Origin: Eledone cirrhosa
Taxonomy: Eukaryota
Direction of reading: 5' to 3'
Assembly (NCBI GenBank): GCA_964016885.1
Contig: OZ024745.1
Span: 109,616,001 to 109,680,000 of the forward strand
DNA: 64,000 nt
The notes beneath the pieces are model-generated. The model was not told the DNA's origin. It did no database searches and saw only the letters and a program-made list of their open reading frames with translations. Shown here in pieces: positions 59,487-64,000 of the stretch. Position numbers and translations under genes: made by a program. Numbering within the stretch: position 1 is the first letter of the stretch; every line of letters begins with the position of its first letter.

Positions 59487-62400
59487 AATGGTTTCTAATT
59501 TAGGGACAGGGCCAACAATTTTTGGGAGAAGAGGAAGAGGATAATTGATTAAATCAACTGTAGTACTTGACCAGTACTTTAATTTATCAACTCTAAAAGG
59601 ATTTAAGGCAAAACTTACCTTGGCAGGATATGATCTCAGAATCTAAAGAGACATAACAAATACTGCTAGACATTTCCTTGAAGCTCTAACGATTCTGCCA
59701 ATCCACCACCCTCAGGTGACCAACTAATAATAATTGTTTCTATTTTTGGCACAAGACCAGCAATTATTCCAGTACATTACTGGCAAAGTTAACCTCGATG
59801 GGATTTGAACTCGGATCGTAAAGGGGTATAACTCTATGCTGCTAAGCATGGCGTTTGGCCCTCCACCAATACTGCCAATCCGCCGCTTAATAATAATGGT
59901 TTCTGATTTAGGCACAAGGCCAAACACTTTTTCGGGAGGGGAAAGTCGATTTAATCGACCCAGTGCATTACTGGTATTTTATTTCATCAACTCCGTAAGG
60001 ATGGAAAACAAAGCTAACTTTGGTGTAATTTGAATTCAGAATGTAAAGAGCCATAACTGTATGCTGCAAAGCATTTTGTTCGACGCTCTACCGATTCTGC
60101 CAATCCGCCACCCTTGACCAACTAATAATGATAATAGTTTTTGAATTTAGACACAAGACCAACAATTTAGATAAGAAGGGGAAATCGATTATACCCATTC
60201 CTGTAATTGACTAGTACTTTATTTTATTGACCCCTGAAGGATGAAAAACCAAGTTGACCTGGATAGGATTTGAACTCCGAATGTGAAGAACCAGAACAAA
60301 TGCTGCCAAGCCTTTCATCTGACACTCTAATAATTCTGCAATTCACAATATCCAATGTGATGAACTGGTTAAAGTCTGAAGATCAGACATTGTTATTCTA
60401 AATAAATTGAAAAACCCTGCACAATGTGACAAGGGTTTATATAAGAAAGAACAAGAAAAGATTAAGAAATACAACATCTGAAAAGAGAAATCGCAAGAGT
60501 GTGTAACATAGAAAATATTGAAATTGTGCCAGTTGTAGTGGGCATTATTGGCACAATCTAGAAGACAAGGAAATCAATGGTTCGAGAAAATATATATTGA
60601 ATTTTGAACAGAACTATTAAAAACAAAAGCCACATTATTAAGAACTACAATGACTTTAAAGAAGGCGGTTGAAAGAATACAAAAGGACATTTGGGCAAAT
60701 GAACAATAACAATCTGAGACCAACACATATGCAAGAAGAAGAAAAGGAAATAAGAAAGGCAAAGCTGATATAGGTAGGATTTGAACTCAAGGCAGAGAGA
60801 GCTAAAATAAAAACTGTGAAAAATTATTTCTGATGTTCAATGACTCTGACACTTAACAAAAACAATATCTGCATATGACCTGGATGACCTGCTGTAGCTT
60901 ACCCAAGTTGACATTGTTGAATGGTGTCTTCAAGAAATCCAAGGGAGACCTGTCACATAAGCTGGAACTGACAGAGCAGGTTTGCACGGATTTTGCATCA
61001 TGTTTTACTGGCTACTTTTGATAATAATTGTTTCTACTTTTGGCACAAGGCCAGCAATTATCCAGTGCATTACTGGTACTTTATTTTAGCGACCCTGTAA
61101 GGATGAAAGGCAAAGTTAACCTCGGCGGGATTTGAACTCAGAATGGCAAAGGCCATAACTCTATGCAACAAAGCATGGCATCCAACCCTCTACCGATACT
61201 GTCTGTTTTTTTTTATTTGGGCTCAAGGCCAGCAATTTTTGGGGAGGGGCAAAGTCGATTAAATCAACTGCAGTGCATTACTGGTGCTTTATTTATCGAC
61301 CTCATAAGGATGGAAGGCAAAGCTTACTTCATGGGATTTGAACTCAGAATGTAAAGGGATGTAACTCCATGCCATAAAACATGGTGCCCGATGCTCTACC
61401 GATACTGCCAGTCCACCGTAATAATAACAATGATGTATGTTCTCCAATGTGTATCTAATCCTTGTTTTAAGAAAAGAAACTCCTGGTGTATTTCTCAAAA
61501 CAAAAATAATATCAATAAATATTATTTCTAATGTAAGTGGTGACTTGGCAGAATCGTTAGAGGGTCTGACGCCATGCTGTGCAGCATAGAGTTACGGCCC
61601 TTTCCATTCTGAGTTCAAATCCCGCTGAGGTTAACTTTGCCTTTCATCCTTACGGGGTCGATAAAAGAAAGTACCAGTAATACAACTGGGATAATTGCTG
61701 GCCTTGTGCCAAAAGTAGAAACAATTATTTCTAATGTAAGTACAAAGCTAGGAATTTAGAGAAGGGATAAGTCAATTATATTGACCTAGCACATGATTTG
61801 TACTTTATTTAATCAACTCTGGTGGAAGGGTGAAATGCAATTTTGACAACCATGGGATTTGAACTCAAAAGTTACAGAGCGAAGTGACATTACTTGATGC
61901 TCTAATAATTCTACCAATCCCATCACACCAGCAAACTCACAATATAAAGAACTGTAACTATATGCTGCAAAGCATGTTGTCCGACACTGTACCGATATTG
62001 CCAATAGCCTGCCCTTATAAAATTAGCAGACTGTCACATATTTGTAACTAAGAGATAACCTGATCAAATTACTATTATTTTGTTCATCAGCTTTCATTGA
62101 GATGACTAAGTTGACCTCAAGTAGGATTGAATAAACGAGACATATTGAAACAGATCTGGACATTTAGTCTAATACTCTAATGTTTTTTTTCATCCTAGCA
62201 CTGTAACAACAACAACAACAACAGGAGGAGGAATACCAGCTCCGCCAACAGGAGTCTCTATGTTATCACTCAAACTGCTAGAAATAGCAGTTAAATCCCC
62301 CTCAACCCACTCCCTACTATCTTGGGCAGGGAAAACACATGCTGGATACTGTGTGTGTTAGATATACTGTTTAAATAAAATACATGATGATCATAGCTGA

Positions 62401-63615
62401 AACACTTTTGATCATAGGTTGGCTCAAATTACTGATCTGGAGTTAAATAGTATAATGATTGATTCTACTTTTTGGCACAAGGCCATCAATTTTAAGAGAA
62501 GGAGAAAGTTGACTTCCAGTACATTACTGGTACTTTCATTTCATCAAATCTAATCTAAGCAGGATTTGATCTCAGAACATAAAGGGTCATAACTATATGC
62601 CACAAAGCATGTTGTCCAATGCTCTACCAATACTGCCAATCCACAACACTAAATTATATTGTTTCTACTTTTGATACAAGGCCAGCAATTCAAAGAGAAG
62701 GGGAAAGTCAATTATCGACCCCCATAAGGATAAAAGGCAAAGCTAATCTCAGTGGGATTTGAACTATAAATAATATAATTGTTTCTACTTTAGGCACAAG
62801 GCCAGCAATTACCCAGTGCATTACTGGTACTTTATTTTATCGACCCCGTAAGGATGAAAGGCAAAGTCAACCTCGGCGGGATTTGAACTCAGATCGTAAA
62901 GGGACGTAACTATGCTGGAAAGCATGGCGTCCGACCCTCTACCGATACTGCCAATCCAAATAATATAATAATAAGGTTTTTGATTTAAGCAGTAGGCTAG
63001 CAATTTTGTGGGAAGGGGAAAGTCAATAAATCAAACCAGTGCATTACTGGTACTTTATTTTATCGACCTGCCTAAGGATGAAAGGCAAAGCTAACCTCGG
63101 CAGGATTTGAACTCAGAATGTAAAGGGGCGTAACTCTGCCACAAAGCATGTTGTCCGACGCTCTACCGATACTACCAATGTCCATCAATATAATAACTGT
63201 TTCTATTTTTGGCACAAGGCCAGCAATTATCCCAGCGCATTACTGGCACTTTTATTTTATCGACCCCGTAAGGATGAAAGGCAAAGTGAACCTCGGCGGG
63301 ATTTGAACTCAGATCGTAAAGAGCCGTAACTCTACTGGTGTCTGATCCTCTACTAATACTGCCAATCCACTGTCCATCAATATAATTGTTTCTACTTTTG
63401 GCACAAGGCCAACAAGTACCCCAGTATATTACTGCTACTTTATTTTATTGACCCCGTAAGGATGTAAGGCAAAGTTAACCTCGGTGGTATTTGATATAAT
63501 AACTACTTGTTTCTATTTTTTGGAACAAGGCCAGCAATTACCCAAGTGTATTACTGGTACTTTAATTTATCGACCCTGTAAAGATGAAAGGCAAAGTTAA
63601 CCTCGGTGGGATTTG
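59487..63615 (-). mobile_element. Dense array of roughly 15 SINE family B copies of mixed age, nearly all minus strand
   Basis: Repeated ttgtttcta...ggcacaaggcc...gatttgaactc...tgccaatcc units; one plus copy 61537-61729 has the 18-bp TSD attatttctaatgtaagt. Confidence 0.85.
60347..60680 (+). pseudogene. Decayed R4/Dong-type (restriction-like endonuclease) non-LTR retrotransposon C-terminus
   Basis: With frameshifts reads IQCDELVKV*RSDIVILNK...KKEQEKIKKY/QHLKREIARVCNIENIEIVPVVVGIIGTI...ATLLRTTMTLKKAVE, matching the RPDIV...KE.EK..KY..L..EI...VPVVVGALG pattern. Confidence 0.7.
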
Positions 63616-63802
63616 ATATAATAATAACAACAATTAACTAATGATGTGCTTATAAACAATTATTAAGACCTCTACAAATAACAAAATTGTCCCCTAAAAC
63701 CTCACAAGGTTGTCTTTAAAAATGAAGATCACATATGATATACCTTGAAATACAATGGTTGAAAAAAATAAAAACAGATTGGTCCATGTTGACCAATGGC
63801 TA

Positions 63803-64000
63803 AACAACAACAGCAACAGCAGCAACAGCAACATCAACAACAGCAGCAACAACAACAGCAACAACAACAACAACAGCAACAGCAACAACAACAGCAACAG
63901 CAACAACAACAACAACAAAAGCAACACCAACAACAACAGCAACAACAACAACAGCAACAACAAAAGCAACAACAACAACAGCAACAACAAAAGCAACAAC
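63803..64000. repeat. (AAC/AGC)n microsatellite
   Basis: Seen directly. Confidence 0.95.

Noticed and set aside
62084-62090. Minus-strand CTGATGA
   Set aside because: No helix II or GAAA follows.

Overview
Eukaryotic, repeat-saturated, apparently intronic or intergenic DNA. The RTE LINE, CORE-type SINE, abundant ~190-bp tRNA-SINE and massive (TA)n/(GGT)n/(GA)n load suggest a cephalopod (Octopus-like) genome; this is inference, not a database result. No host exon could be supported, and nearly all ORF-track entries are microsatellite artefacts. The only long real reading frame is a 5'-truncated RTE-clade retrotransposon (51241-53403): an intact RT with a PHD-type C4HC3 zinc finger inserted in it. 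A near-identical inverted 1-kb copy lies at 43620-44664. Also present are RTE, CR1-like and R4/Dong-like relics, two SINE families, a nested TTAA-type MITE and three minisatellites. The main hidden signal is a set of short non-coding modules, mostly embedded in (TA)n, that carry type I hammerhead ribozymes (HHRs). Seven have complete CUGAUGA...GAAA...UH cores, one is cut by the window edge, and several are variant or half copies. They belong to several sequence families, and most have a palindromic helix III as in dimer-cleaving Penelope-like-element (PLE) HHRs. Several modules show fold-backs, inverted termini or partial tandems whose breakpoints fall in or next to the ribozyme. No PLE RT or GIY-YIG ORF is visible. 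All coordinates and pairings were read by eye; none were computed.
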